Positions 36,801 through 49,719 of a stretch of 64,000 nucleotides of DNA are shown one piece after another (position 1 is the first letter of the stretch; every line of letters starts with the position of its first letter). Both the position numbers and the translations under genes were made by a program. Origin of the DNA: Octopus vulgaris (taxonomy: Eukaryota); assembly GCA_951406725.2 (NCBI GenBank), contig OX597818.1, positions 71,300,001 to 71,364,000 on the forward strand, written 5' to 3'. Under the pieces are notes generated by a model. That model was not told the DNA's origin, searched no databases, and saw only the letters and a list, made by a program, of their open reading frames with translations.

Positions 36801-39109
36801 TATATACTCTGCAGAGGGAGTTAAACTAGACCCCGCTAAAGTGAAGGCCATCAGAGACATCAAAGAACCCAAAGACAAGAAGGAACTCAGGAGCTTCCTG
36901 GGACTCATCCACTACATGGGAGCCTTCATACCCAAGCTGGCCAATCACACTGCAAATCTCCAAGAACTAAACAAAGATGACATAGAGTTTGATTGGTGTG
37001 CTTCACACACAGGATTTCAAAGCAATCAAAAAGCTCATCAGTAAGGAGACAACTCTGCAATACTATGACAGACGCAAACCAGTAACACTCCAAGTCGATG
37101 CTTCTATGAGAGGAGTTGGCGCAGCACTGATACAGGTAGGTAAACCCATTGCATATGCCTCGAAAGCTCTCTCACCCACAGAGACAAGGTACGCAAATAT
37201 TGAAAGGGAACTCCTGGTAGTAGTATATGGATGTGAAAAGTTCCTTACATACCTGTATGGCAGACATTTCAATATATACCATTTCATAGGTACAAGCCAG
37301 GAAAAGACCTGATATTGGCAGATGCTCTTTTCAGACTATCCTCACATGATAAACAGGAGATGGAAGGACTAATCACAAAGGTCCACCACATGGTAAATGT
37401 AACAAACACAAAGCTAGCACAAATAAAAGAGGAGACCAGCAGAGAGGAAGAACTTCAGCTCCTTATTCAGATGGTGATTCAGGGGTGGCCAGAAAAGAGA
37501 CATCAGGTGCAGCCCCTCATTTGTGAATATTGGGCCATCCATGATGATATATCAGTGGAGAATGGAATCCTGATGACTGGATCCCGAATAAGTATACCCA
37601 AGTCAATGCAAAAAGAGATTCTTGACAAGATCCACCAAGAGCATCTAGGAATGGAAAAATGCAAGCTCCAAGCCAAGTTAGCTGTATATTGGGTAGGCAT
37701 GTACAAAGACATAGAAAAGATAGTCTCTACAAGCCACATTTGTCAAAAGTACAGAAACTCACAACAAAAGGAGGAAATGATACCCAGTGACATCCTAAGA
37801 AGGCCATGGCAAGCTATTGGAGTAGATCTGTTCTCAGAGAGCCAAGAATGGTATTTGATTATGATCTGCTACTACTCCAAATTTCCATTTGTGAGAAAAG
37901 TGAAAGACCTGAGAGCCAAAACAATCACTATAGTGGCTCGAGGACTTCTAGCAGAACAAGCAATACCAGAACAGATCATATGTGACAATAGAACCCAGTT
38001 CACATCGCAAGAATTCAAAAAGCTAGCCGATGAGTATGGGTTCAATATCACAACCTCATCTTCACACTACCCCAAAGGTCATGGGTTTATAGAAAGACAG
38101 GTGCAGACAGTGAAGAGAACACTAGTCAAATGCCGAGAGACTAAGGAAGACCCACACCTGGCACTTCTGTCCCTACGAGCGACACCACTGAGAGCTGATA
38201 TGAAATCCCCAGCAGAATTGCTGAATGGCAGGAAGTACAAAACCACCCTGCCAACTAAGATCCAACCTCCTATTGACCAGGAAGAGACAAGGGCAAAGCT
38301 AGCAGAACAATCACAGAAATATTACAACAAACATGCACAATACTTACCTGAGATACTTGGAGAACATGTACATACTCAAGATCCCATAACTAAAACATGG
38401 ATCCCAGCACAGGTTGTCAGTAGAGCTGAAACTCCAAGATCGTATATTATAGAAACGGAATCTGGTAGGCAGCTGAGACGCAACAAGGCCCACATCTGCC
38501 CAACATCAAAGCTGTCGAGGACAACGTGTACAACACCTGCTGCATCAGTGACAACACCCACAGAATCATCACTCCAACGGGCACCAACCACCCATCAGCA
38601 GCCCAACAACACACCTCAGACACTGGTGCGAAGCACAAGATCCACCAGATGGAGAAAGAACATTCTGCCACCGGTTCGATACCGTTAAAGAAAAAAAAAA
38701 AGAAAATGAAAAGATAAATAACTAATTCTGCTAAATTACAAAGCAGAGGCAGAATAATCTCATGGTTTCTGCTGCAGGATTGCCACCTCGCATTGACAAT
38801 CCATTAGAGTAAGGGAGACTACTTAAATTTGTCTTCATTGCCAAAAGATCCCTTTATTTTTTTTCAAGAAGAAGGGATGTTACGCATTCATATCTATGTG
38901 TATACATAGGTATACGTGTGTAGAATACATCCCCACTTTTGGAACTATTTTGTTAGTAAACAGTACGAACTGTGTCTAAAGTATATATGTATTACTACGC
39001 TGAATGTCGGACAGTTCGTGTAACAAATAAAGTAAATAAACACTTAAAACAATAACAATGGCTTTATTTGAGTTGTCTATCACCCATCGAGAATGAACTA
39101 CACATAACA
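33802..39109 (+). mobile_element. Gypsy/Ty3 LTR retrotransposon, full structure but decayed (gag-PR-RT-RH-IN)
   Basis: 232-bp LTRs at 33802-34033 and 38878-39109 (about 90% identical by manual count). PBS TGGTGGCAGCGG at 34034 (tRNA-Leu-type); PPT AAGAAGAAGGGA. Gag Cys/His knuckle, protease KIDTGA, RT IADDI, RNase H QVDAS, integrase ORF 37315..38688. Confidence 0.95.
34615..35220 (-). mobile_element. Solo LTR (606 bp) of a different family inserted in gag
   Basis: TGTA...TACA termini and CCCT target-site duplication (34611-14 / 35221-24). Removal restores gag reading KEVQKSL-IGKDALQL. AATAAA lies on the minus strand near 34760. Confidence 0.85.
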
Positions 39110-39644
39110 TATGTTTTGTATGTTACCGTCTTTCTCTCCGTCGCGTAAATTAATTCACTGGGGGCGAGGAGCAACTTCACATTATCACCTTTTTTTAATA
39201 AACTTTGATACTTCTTTAATTCTTTGTTAATAACTATATTATCACAGGGCAAGTTGCTGCACTCGCAAAATTTATTTTTGACTTTTCCTGTTGTGTAGTA
39301 GCCTCGCTAGACATCTTGTCGTCTGCTTTTGTAACGCGCGCGTGAGACGCCTCTTTACTTTTACCTTCCTCCTCCCGCATTTTCGTCTCTTTACTTCTAC
39401 CTTCCTCCTCCCACATTTTCGCCTTCATGCCTTCAAACAAATTTTCAAAGTTTTCCTCCGACTCAGAAGAAATTGGTGGCAAATTCATGTTTTTCGTCGC
39501 TTCCCCCTTGAAACAAGGGGGAAAGTACAGCAAAAGTCTGCTGCAACAGCAGAAAAGAAGTGGCTTCGACGACCAAAACAGCAAATTTTCACAATTTTCA
39601 GCACAAAAACAATCTTTCACTGCGGAGCAAAGAATAACACAACC

Positions 39645-39646
<2 letters not shown>
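39110..39646 (-). mobile_element. Probable 5' end/ORF1 start of a Tx1/L1-like element
   Basis: Begins immediately after (TC)n on the minus strand; short leader then MNLPPISSESEENFENLFEG...INFASAA; cut by the Gypsy 3' LTR. Family assignment is inference. Confidence 0.5.
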
Positions 39647-39690
<44 letters not shown>

Positions 39691-39695
<5 letters not shown>

Positions 39696-41358
39696 CTTTA
39701 TTCACCATAAGGTTGAGAAAAAGAGGGGACAAAACAAACGTTGGGGTCAGTGTATCGAATGAGACGAAACATATGAATAAACAAACAATTAAAATATATA
39801 CAATTAAATGAGAATGAGTGATTAACAAAAAATGAAGCGGAGGACGCGGTCGACCCCACAAACCACAGACTCACACTGAAGACTTTGCTTTATCCTTTTT
39901 TACATTCTCGATTAAACATGTTCTTTCACTCGCAACATACTTGCTATAGACTTCCATCTTTTACGAAACACACTTTGCGACAGGCATTTCTTCTCCAGCC
40001 TTATTTTCCGTTTCATGTGGAAAACGAAAAAGTCGATTAGCTCGAGACTGGAGATAAACATGCCTGTTGCAATTCCTTTTACTCTCGTCTTCCACACTAC
40101 TTCTTTCGCCATAGCAACTACCGAGAGAAAACAGGCTCGCTCCTCCCTATTCAGGAAGGTCGGCGGAACTATCTTAATTACAGATTCGCTCGACAGTTGT
40201 ACTCTTCTCGAATGCGACAGCAGGTGTTCGACATAAGTCCAGAGTTCAGTCACCTTGGGGCATTGCACAATCGCGTGCAGGACAGTTTCACTGTCCCTCT
40301 TACATCTTGCACAAACCGGCGAAGGTGCACACCCATATCTAAAGAGCTTATCTCGAACCGGTAAAGCTCCTCTGTAACATTGCCAGGCCAGGGACTTTTG
40401 GTAATTATCCATAGGCCCCGGACCGAATGTTCTTTGGAACAGGCTGGCCAGTTGATTTTCGTCGAAGCCCAGAGTTTCTCCTAGGACGTCGTCACACTTA
40501 AACTCTACTAACCCTCTATAGAAGAAAGCGGTAGTAGCCCCGCCACCGGCGTTGCCCGACTGGGAGAGAAGCACGAGTGCCTGATAGCACTCTGCATGCC
40601 ACATGCCCAACCTCGGTCTACACTTGATCCATGGGTTCAGTTCGTTAAACGATGTGAACTGTGGAAATAACAGCTTGACAAACGGAGACCACACCTGCTC
40701 ACCGTCCAGGTAAATCCAGAGGTGCCTAAGCCTGAGCGCATGTCTGCGCATTTTTAGCCACGGCATCCCTAACCCACCGTTCAGCGGCTTTTGGCAGCAA
40801 ATAGAGCGCCTTACAAGAGGTCTGCTGCCCCTCCACAAAAAGCGAAAGAGCATGCGTTCCAGTTTGTTCAGCCACGAATCGGGGCAAGGCACTACGGTTA
40901 GGCGGTAAGTGATTACAGAGGCGATAAACACTTCTGCAACCTCCGCCCTCCCTTTCAAGGACAGTTTCCGCTCAGACCATGTCTGAGTTAGGAGAGCCAC
41001 CTTTCTCGCCACCTCGCTCCAGTTCTTCTCTATCTGGAGATCTGGACCTAACCAGATCCGAAGCATTTTCACCGGCCTTCCGTCCAACGTCCTACGACGC
41101 TGTCGGAAGATATCGACTTGCCCCTCCAGGTGCCGAGTTGCAAGCCGACCGATTTATCCCGGTTGACTTTCGCTCCTGCCACCGCTTCGTAGTCCCTTAA
41201 GGCCTCACCCACCCACTGTAGGTGCTCGACTCGGGAAACGATGACGGTGATGTCGTCCGCATACGCCGAAGCTGACTTTCCGCACCCTAGATCTTGCGGG
41301 GTGCCTCTCATAGTTTCCAACCTCCTCAGCAACGGCTCAAGGGCCAAAACGTAGAGAT
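39691..41358 (-). mobile_element. Tx1/L1-clade LINE, 5'-truncated ORF2 (RT C-half plus CCHC zinc knuckle)
   Basis: ALEPLLRRL, AYADDIT, GAKVNRDKS, LSLKGR, GGLGMP and CARC...ETVLHAIVQC motifs; AATAAA then (TC)n tail. Confidence 0.9.
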
Positions 41359-41591
41359 GATTGTAGCTAACCTAGAAACACAACACAATGACTGTTGTTA
41401 GGTTTATTAGTGTCGAGAAGAACATTCAGCTATGAATAATACTTTAGATAAACTGAAGTTTACAATACCAATGTTATCTTATGCAAGATTTTAGAACCAT
41501 CAACTTCTGTTTATTGTTGTTTAACTCATTTTATAAGTTTTTTAAAACTGTTTTGCTTTCTTTCTTTTTTAAATAATTTTATTCAAAAGAC

Positions 41592-41669
41592 ATGGCGAAT
41601 ATCATACAGAAAATTCAGAAGGGTGACATTGAAGGAGTGGAAAGACTCGTAAAAATGGATCCAACAATA
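41592..41669 (+). CDS. Ankyrin-repeat gene, putative first coding exon (MANIIQKIQKGDIEGVERLVKMDPTI)
   Basis: ATG at 41592, donor GTAAGT at 41670, phase 0 compatible with the next exon; GD.E.V..LV is an ankyrin-like N-cap. Confidence 0.6.
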
Positions 41670-42489
41670 GTAAGTTGTTCTGTTTATTGCCTTCTCAAAT
41701 TTGACTGTTTATTATTTTATACACAATATGAAATGTTTTATACACAATATGCAAAGTAACCACATATATTTGTCCATGATATTTCATTTCTTTCTTCACC
41801 GCTTTTCCCTAATCCTCATCATCGACATTTTTATAAATATTTAACCAAACATTGAGACATGACAGAAGTGATGGAATGTGAGTGAGAAAGAAATCCATCA
41901 CACACTGCAATGGGGTGTTCTGGCAGGAAGTATTCAGTCCAAGAGATGAGAGACAGATGGAACCGATAAATGGATGGTGACTTTTTAAAGAAGTCCTCTT
42001 GCCATACAAAGTTGAAGGTTTTACTGTTATCAGGGGCTACACCATTTTTGATAGAATTTGTTACACATATGAAAACACTGGTGTGTCACATAGGAATCAA
42101 AGCCCACTTTATAAAACTGTACTGGTGTTCATTGAATTCAGAAAGACACCTAAAGGGACAAAGGTGATTTTGTTTATGACGTTTTAGTTCATAATTGAAA
42201 TATTGGAAGTTAAAATGACAGGATGGCAGTCAATAGACGGGATAGTGTCTGCAGGAATATAGAGCAGGGCTTCTCAAAGTGGTCACTACCACCAATGTGT
42301 GGGGGATGTGGAAACATTTTATATTAGTTTATGTATATATGACACTCCATGAATATATAACTGAGTTTGGTTGAAGCCACGTATTAAAGGTTAAATAAGT
42401 AAAAAAAGCGAAGTGGTGATGCATCAAATATTTATTGATTGTGAGGTTGTGTTGTGCTAAGTAATCACTCGCAAGGGTTGCGAGAAAGA

Positions 42490-43445
42490 TAAATAAATAC
42501 CCCACGAAAATGGCTAGGGGTTCCCCAAGCTTTACTTGAATAGGCCTGTACATAAGATCCTTGACAGATACAATATCCCCTGTCATATGTAGTGGAGGAA
42601 TTTAAAATAGCAAAATGTAACGTAATGATGTAGAGAGACTCTAAGGACGAGCTTATCAGACATGCAGGTATTACCACAAGGTGTGGGTAACTAGCACCGC
42701 TGTCGCTCAGGCTGAAAGCATGCCGGAGTTACGCGTCATAATTGGAGCAACATGTTGGGGTCACCAGGGACTTGGCTCTTCCTATTTCCAACAATGGAAG
42801 AAAGCATTGTGGTACCAGGAGGAAGATAAAAGAAAATCAGGTGCTGTGGAGTTGGTATCTCTGGGTGCATGGACTAAATGGGATCTCCCTAAGAGGAAGC
42901 TCACATGGACTGACCTGTGGAGGCTGGAACCTTTGCACATCTCCTTCCTGCATGGAGCTGTGTATGACACACTCCCGACGCCAACAAACCAGCACAGATA
43001 AGGTTTGAGGGAAGACCAGCTGTGTTGACTTTGTGGGAAAGGGGCACTCTGGCACACATCTTGGCAGGGTGCAGAATAACTCTTTCTCAAGGCAGATACA
43101 AATACTTGCTCACACCCTGGAGCAGTAAAGGTGTAAGAAACATCATCACCAAGGAAAGATAACTGCCGTAATTCAGTTCGTGAAAGAGGGAGAGGAACCA
43201 GTAAAGCCAGCAAAAGCAATACATAGCTTGCTGCAAGGGTCTCAACCATGGGATACGAAGGTAGACTTAGGGAAGAGATTGCAGTTTCCCCAGGTTGTCC
43301 ATACAACCCTGAGGCCTGATGTGGTTCTGTTATCTGTAAAGGACGAGACAATTATCATAATTGAACGAACAATCACGTGGGGAGCGGGTTGTAACGAGGC
43401 CAATGAACGGAAGTGTGACAGATATAAGAACTTTCTGCAGGCTCC
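42490..43445 (+). mobile_element. HERO/R2-superfamily non-LTR fragment (zinc knuckle plus restriction-like endonuclease)
   Basis: GAWTKWDLPKRKLTWTDLW, AVYDTLPTPTN, decayed C..C...HILAGC, and LRPDVVL...IIIERTITW...EANERK (PD-D/E-K-type) motifs. Confidence 0.8.
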
Positions 43446-43496
43446 ATTCACTTTGGTGAATAGATAAAACACATCCTTACAGGTGTTATTAACTCG

Positions 43497-43531
<35 letters not shown>

Positions 43532-43719
43532 ATGCATGTGTATCTATGCTAGTGTATGTCCCTAACTGCTAATTGATAACCGGTGTTGGTGTATTTGCAT
43601 CCCTGTTACTTAGCTCTGAAGCAAAAGAGAGCTATAGGTTGGTGCTATTTAGACAGAAAAGGGATCACACATAAAAGATTAAATCGAGGAAGAGCCCCAG
43701 CGTGGCCGCAGTTTCATGA

Positions 43720-44611
43720 ATGAAAAAAGTAGAAGAGAGAAAGAAAAAGAAAGAGCAAAAAAAAAGAGAGGAATAGCAAAATAGAAGAAAGAAAAGGAAA
43801 ATTCAGAGAGAACTATAGAGGAGACAAAAAGAGAAACGAAACAGAGAAAGAGAGAGAGAAAAAAGGAGAGAAAAGACAAAGAGAATGAGATTGAAAAAAG
43901 AAAACGAGAGAGAAAAGAAAGAGAGAGAGAAAAAAACGAGAGAAAAAAGGGAGAAATGAAAGAGTGAGAGAGAGGAAAAAGGATAAAAAGAAAACGAGAG
44001 GGAAAAAGAAGGAGAAAAAACTGAGAGAGCGAGAAAGGAAAGAGAGAGAGAGGGAAATGAGAGAAAAAAGGGAAATGAAAGAGTGAGAGAGAGGAAGAAT
44101 AATAGAAAGAAAACGAGAGGGAGAAAGAAGGAGAAAAAAGTGAGAGAGCGAGAAAAGAAAGAGAGAGAGAAAAGAAATGAGAGGAAGAAAGAAAGAAATG
44201 AACGAGTGAGAGAGAGGAAGAATGATCAAAAGAAAATGAGAGGGAGAAAGAAGGAAAAAAGCGAGAGCGAGAAAAGAAATGAGAGAAAAAAAGAGAGAAA
44301 TGAAAGAGTGAGAGAGAGGAAGAAGGATAAAAAGAAAACGAGAGATAGAAAAAGGAGAAAAAGGCGAGAGAGCGTGAAAAGAAAGAGAGAGAGAAAAAGA
44401 AATGAGAGGAAGAAAGAGAGAAATGAAAGAGGGAGAGAGATGAAGAATGATCAAAAGAAAATGAGAGTGAGAAAGAAAGAGAAAAAAGCCTGAGAGCGAG
44501 AAAGGAAAGAGAGAGAAAGAAACGAGAGAGAAAAGAGAGAAATGAAAGAGGGAGAGAGAGTAAGAAGGATAAAAAGACGACGAGAGGGAGAAAGAAGGAG
44601 AAAAATGCCTG

Positions 44612-44644
<33 letters not shown>

Positions 44645-47600
44645 AAAAGAAAAGAGAGAAAAAAGAGAAATGAAAAATTGAGAGTGGGGAAGAAGGATAA
44701 AAAGAAAACGAGAGGGAGAAAAAAGGAGAAAAAAGCGAGAGAGCGCGAAAGAAAAGAGAGAGAGAAAGAAAGGAGAGGAAGAAAGAGTGAAGGAGGGGAA
44801 GAATGATAAAAAAAACGAGAGGGAGAAAGAAGGATAAAAATACCCGAGAGCGAGTAAGGAAAGAGAGAAAGAAACGAGAGAAGAAAGAAACAAATGAAAG
44901 AGTGAGAGAGAGGAAGAATAATAAAATAAAACGAGAGGGAGAAAGAAGGAGAAAAAAGTGAGAGAGCGAGAAAAGAAAGAGAGAGAGAAAAAGAAATGAG
45001 AAGAAGAAAGAGAGAAATGAAAGAGTGAGAGAGAGGAAGAATAATAAAAAGAAAACGAGAGGGAGAAAGAAGGAGAAACAAGCGAGAGAGCGAGAAGAGA
45101 GAGAGAGAAAAAGAAACGAGAGGAAGAAAGAGAGAAATGAAAGAGTGAGAGAGAGGAAGAAGGATAAAAAGAAGACGAGAGGGAGAAAGAAGGAGAAAAA
45201 AGCCTGAGAGCGAGAAAGGAAAGAGAGAGGGAAAGAAACGAAAGAAAATAGAGAAAAATGAAAGAGTGAGGGAGAGGAAGAATAATAAAAGGAAAACGAG
45301 TGGGAGAAAGAAGGAGAAAAATGCCTGAGTGCTAGAAAAGAATGAGAGAGAGAGAGAGAGAAACGAGAGGAAGAAAGAGAGAAATGAAAGAATGAGAGAG
45401 AGGAAGAATGATAACAAGACAACGAGAGGGAGAAAGAAGGAGAAAAAACCCTGAGAGCGAGAAAGTAAAGAGAAAGTGAATGAAACGAGTGAAAAAAGAC
45501 AGAAATGAAAGAGTGAGAGAGAGGAAGAATAATATAGAAAGAAAACGAGAGGGAGAAAGAAAGAGAAAAAAGTGAGAGAGAGTGAGAGAAAAGAAAGAGA
45601 GAGAGAAAGAAATGAGAGAAAAAAGAGAGAAATGAAAGAGTGAGAGAGAGGACGAATAATAAAAAGAAAATGAGAGGGAAAAAGGAGAGAAAGCGAGTGA
45701 GCGAGAAAAGAAAGAGAGAGAAAAGGAAGCGAAAGGAAAAAAGAGAAATGAAAGAGTGAGTGACAGGAAGGATGATGATAAGAAAACGAAAGGGAGAAAG
45801 AAGGAGAAAACAGCCTGAGAGCGAGAAAAGAAGGAGAAGAGAGAGAAAGAAACGAGATAAAAAAGATAAATGGAAGATTGAGAGATGGGAAGAAGGATAA
45901 AAAGAAAACGAGAGGGAAAAAGAAGGAGAAAAAAGCGAGAGAGCGCTAAAAGAAAGAGAGAGAAAAAGAAATGAAAGAAAGAAAAAGAGAAATGAAAGAG
46001 TGAGAGAGAGGAAGAATGATAAAAAGAAAATGAGGGGGAGAAAGAAGGAGAAAAAAACCTGAGAGCGAAAAAGGAAAGAGAGAGAGGAAAAGAAATGAGA
46101 GGAAGAAAGAGAAGAAGAAAGGGAGAGAGAAAGAGAACAAAAAAGAGAAAGACAATGAGGAAATGAGAGAGTAAGATAGAACGGACAAAGAAAACGAGCG
46201 AAAGAGAGAAAAGAACAAGATAAAGAGAGAGAGAGAGAGAGAAGGAAACAGAGAGAGAAAGAGAGAAAAGGAAAAGATAAAGAGAGATAGGGAGAAGGAA
46301 AACCAGAAAATAAAAAGAAAGAGAAAAGAAGCAGAGTGGGAGAGAACGAGAATAGAAAAAGAGAAAGAGGGAGAGGAAGAGGGAAAGATGGAAGATAAGA
46401 GAAGAAAAAGGTACTGAGAGAAAAAAAGAGAGAAAAAGGGAGAGAGAGAGGGGAAGAGAAAAAAGGAAGCGAGTAAGGGAGAGACAAAGAAAGAAAGAGG
46501 GAAAAGAAAAAGGGAGAGATAAAGAAGAGAGAATCGAAAAAAAGCGAAAAGGAAACTAGAAAGAGAGAAAAGTAAACAGGAGAGAAAGGTAAAAGAGCGG
46601 GGGAAGAGAGAAGAGAAAAAGAGAGGGGGAGAAAGAAAGAGGGAAAAGGGGAAAAAGAAAGTGAGAGATAAGAATAGGAGAGGGAGAGAAAGAGAAAAGA
46701 GACAGAGAGGGAAAAGGGGAATATAGGAGAGAAAAGAGAGTGGGAAATAGAGAGAGAGGAAGAAAGATAGAAAATAGAGGGAGAGAGGAAGTAATAAAAG
46801 AAAAGAGAGAGAGAGAAAAAGAAAGGAAGGAAAGAGAGAGAAAGAGAAAACAAAGAGTAAGAGACATAGAGACTGAAAGATAGAACATGTGAGAGAGTGA
46901 GAGAAGAAGAAAGAGAGAAGAAAGGGAGAGAGAGAGAAAAGGAAAAGAGAAAGGACATCAAAGAAAGAGAGACAAGTAAAAGAGAAAGAGGAAGAAAGAT
47001 AGAAAAGGCAAAGAGAAGTACAGAGAGAAAGAGAGAGAGAAAGAGATAAAAGTAAAAGAGAAAGAGAGACGAAAAAGAAAAAGGTTGGGTGAAAGAGAGA
47101 AAAGGAAAAGTGAAGGAGACAGAGAGAGAAAGAAAGAAAAAAGGTAATAGAGAGAGAGATAAAGAAAGAGAAATGGAAAAAGAGAGAAAGAGAAAGAAAA
47201 AGAGAGAAACAGAGAAAAGTAAAATGGAAAAAAGAGAGAAAAGAATGAGAGAGAGGGAGAAAGAAAGAAAGAGAAGAAAAGGGGAAAGAGAAAGAATGTA
47301 AGAATAGAAAGAGAAAGAAATGAAAGAGAGAGAGATAAGGAGAGAGAAAGAGAGAAATTGAGAAATAGAGAAAGAGAAAGATAAGAGAAAAAAGAAATGG
47401 AGAAAGAGGAAGGAAATTAGAGAGAGAAAGAGGGGAAAGGAAATGGGAAAAGAGAGAGAGAGAGAGTAAAAGAGACACGGAGAGAGGAGAAAGAAAGAGA
47501 GAGGAGAAAAGGGAAAGAGAGAGAAAGTGAGAAAAGAAAGAGAAAGAAAGAAATGAAAGAGGGAGATAGAGAGAGAAAGAAGGAGAGAAAGAGGAAAGAA

Positions 47601-47668
47601 AACGAGAAAGAGAGTGAGAGACAAAGAGAGTGAGAGACAAAGAGAGAAAAGAGAGAGAGAGAGAATGG
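43720..47668. repeat. ~3.9 kb polypurine tract; 43880-46100 is a ~120-bp tandem minisatellite
   Basis: Recurring GAGAAATGAAAGAGTGAGAGAGAGGAAGAA...AAAGAAAACGAGAGGGAGAAAGAAGGAGAAAA unit; very few C/T on the + strand. Confidence 0.95.
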
Positions 47669-47708
47669 AATTTCTCTATTTCACATGTCCTCACTTTCTT
47701 TATTACAG

Positions 47709-47860
47709 ATTAACAAACATATTTATGGACGAACTCCTTTAATGGTGGCCTGTGAAGAGGGCGCCGATAGAAGAATATTCGAAATATTGATATAAGCAGG
47801 AGGTGAGGTGGGAGCAAAAGACAACTGGGGTCGTACAGCTTTACATTTGGCTGTGGAAAG
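47709..47860 (+). pseudogene. Ankyrin-repeat gene exon 2, with in-frame TAA at 47793-47795
   Basis: TTACAG| acceptor; INKHIYGRTPLMVACEEGADRRIFEILI*AGGEVGAKDNWGRTALHLAVE; |GTAAGT donor, phase 2. Confidence 0.8.
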
Positions 47861-48059
47861 GTAAGTTGAGAATCAAGTAAAATCTCCAGATGTGTTTTTG
47901 TTTGTAAATTTGTTGCAATTGCAGACACAGGTTCAATATCCAAAGAGGCCATAGTAGTGGCAGTGGGACAGCAGCACAACAGCAGACTAGCAAACAACAA
48001 CAACAACAACAAGCTTCTCTTTAGTCATCGATCCAATTCATTAGTCATTATTCAATCAT

Positions 48060-48089
48060 AACAATCCCGATGATGATGATGACGATAAC

Positions 48090-48133
<44 letters not shown>

Positions 48134-48304
48134 CGATGATGGTATTGATGATGTCGATCATGATGGTGTTGTAGATGATGATGATGATGATGATGGAGGC
48201 GATGATGATGATGATGATGATAATGATGATGTCGATCATGATGATGGTGTTGTTGATGATGTTGATGATGATGATGGAGGCGATGATGGTGATGATGATA
48301 AGTC

Positions 48305-48368
<64 letters not shown>

Positions 48369-48395
48369 CTGATTATGATGACGCTGATAATGATG
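48060..48395. repeat. (GAT)n microsatellite, imperfect
   Basis: Visible trinucleotide repeat. Confidence 0.95.
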
Positions 48396-48465
48396 TTTCG
48401 TCTGAAAGCCAAAACAATTAGGTGTTTAATGTAAATTAGTCAATGTTTCTATCTTTTACTCTCAG

Positions 48466-48619
48466 CCGTCGTCTTCAAGCCGTGGAACTCTTACTATCTC
48501 GGGGCAGCGAGATAAACGGGAAGAGCAATTTCGGCAGTACTCCTCTCCATTTTGCTGCAAGCTTATCTCCAGAATGGGCAGATGATGTGAAAGAATTCAT
48601 GAAACACAGCGCTCTTGAG
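48466..48619 (+). CDS. Ankyrin-repeat gene exon 3
   Basis: CTCAG| acceptor; RRLQAVELLLSRGSEINGKSNFGSTPLHFAAS...HSALE; |GTTAGT donor; phases 2 to 0 consistent. Confidence 0.85.
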
Positions 48620-48682
48620 GTTAGTGACTATATATATGTGTGTGCGTGTGTGTGTGTGTATGTGTGTGGCTGTGTACTTATA

Positions 48683-48754
<72 letters not shown>

Positions 48755-49034
48755 AATAAAATATATGGATGTATATATAATGTAAATTGTGGTGTGCATA
48801 TGTTAGTCTTTCTCTTCATTCATATTATATTCCGAAATAATCCGAATCTTCTCCGAAAGGTTTTTCTCGATACTTTCCTAACAATTTATCCACTTTTTGT
48901 AAAATTACGAGGAAACAAAAGATACTCATGCGAAATTTTACTGAACTCTTCACCCGAAATTTGGGGTACACTTATATAGGTACGTATATAAAATTGTATA
49001 TATAATGTATACATGCCTATAAGATATTATATAT

Positions 49035-49073
<39 letters not shown>

Positions 49074-49211
49074 TATACATATGTATATACACACATATAT
49101 ATGACAATATATATATATACACACACACACATATATATGTATATAAACGTATATATGAGTATACATATATATATGTCCATAGATACATACACACACAAAC
49201 ACACATATACA

Positions 49212-49274
<63 letters not shown>

Positions 49275-49500
49275 TTCATGAAACCCTTATTTTTTCCCCA
49301 TAACTTTGTTGTGTTTCCTATTTTATAATGAAAATCATTGATTTTCGATGACGATTATGTTGAGAAAATGGAAGCATTTGATGAGTTTCAAACCAATTCC
49401 AACTCCAGACATAATTGTTGATTAAGACATGGAAAGGGATGGATTTTCAGAAAATTTCATTAAGAAATATTTCCCCTATATATATATATATATATATATA

Positions 49501-49719
49501 TGACATCGCTGGTCATAATGCGTTCGCATTGTTTTAGCCTTCGAATGACGCCACCCCGCTGGCTAAGCGAGCAGGCCAACAGAAGAAAGAGTGGTGAAAG
49601 AGTACAGCAGGGATCACAACCCCCTGCCGGAGCCTCGTGGAGCTTTTAGGTGTTTTCGCTCAATAAACACACACAACGTCCGGTCTGGGAATCGAAACCA
49701 CTAGGCCATTGCGCCTCCA

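Noticed and set aside
43679-47694. Very long ORFs (up to 1057 aa) rich in L/S/F or R/E/K
   Set aside because: Artefacts of the polypurine tract: the pyrimidine-only strand cannot form stop codons and there is no domain content.
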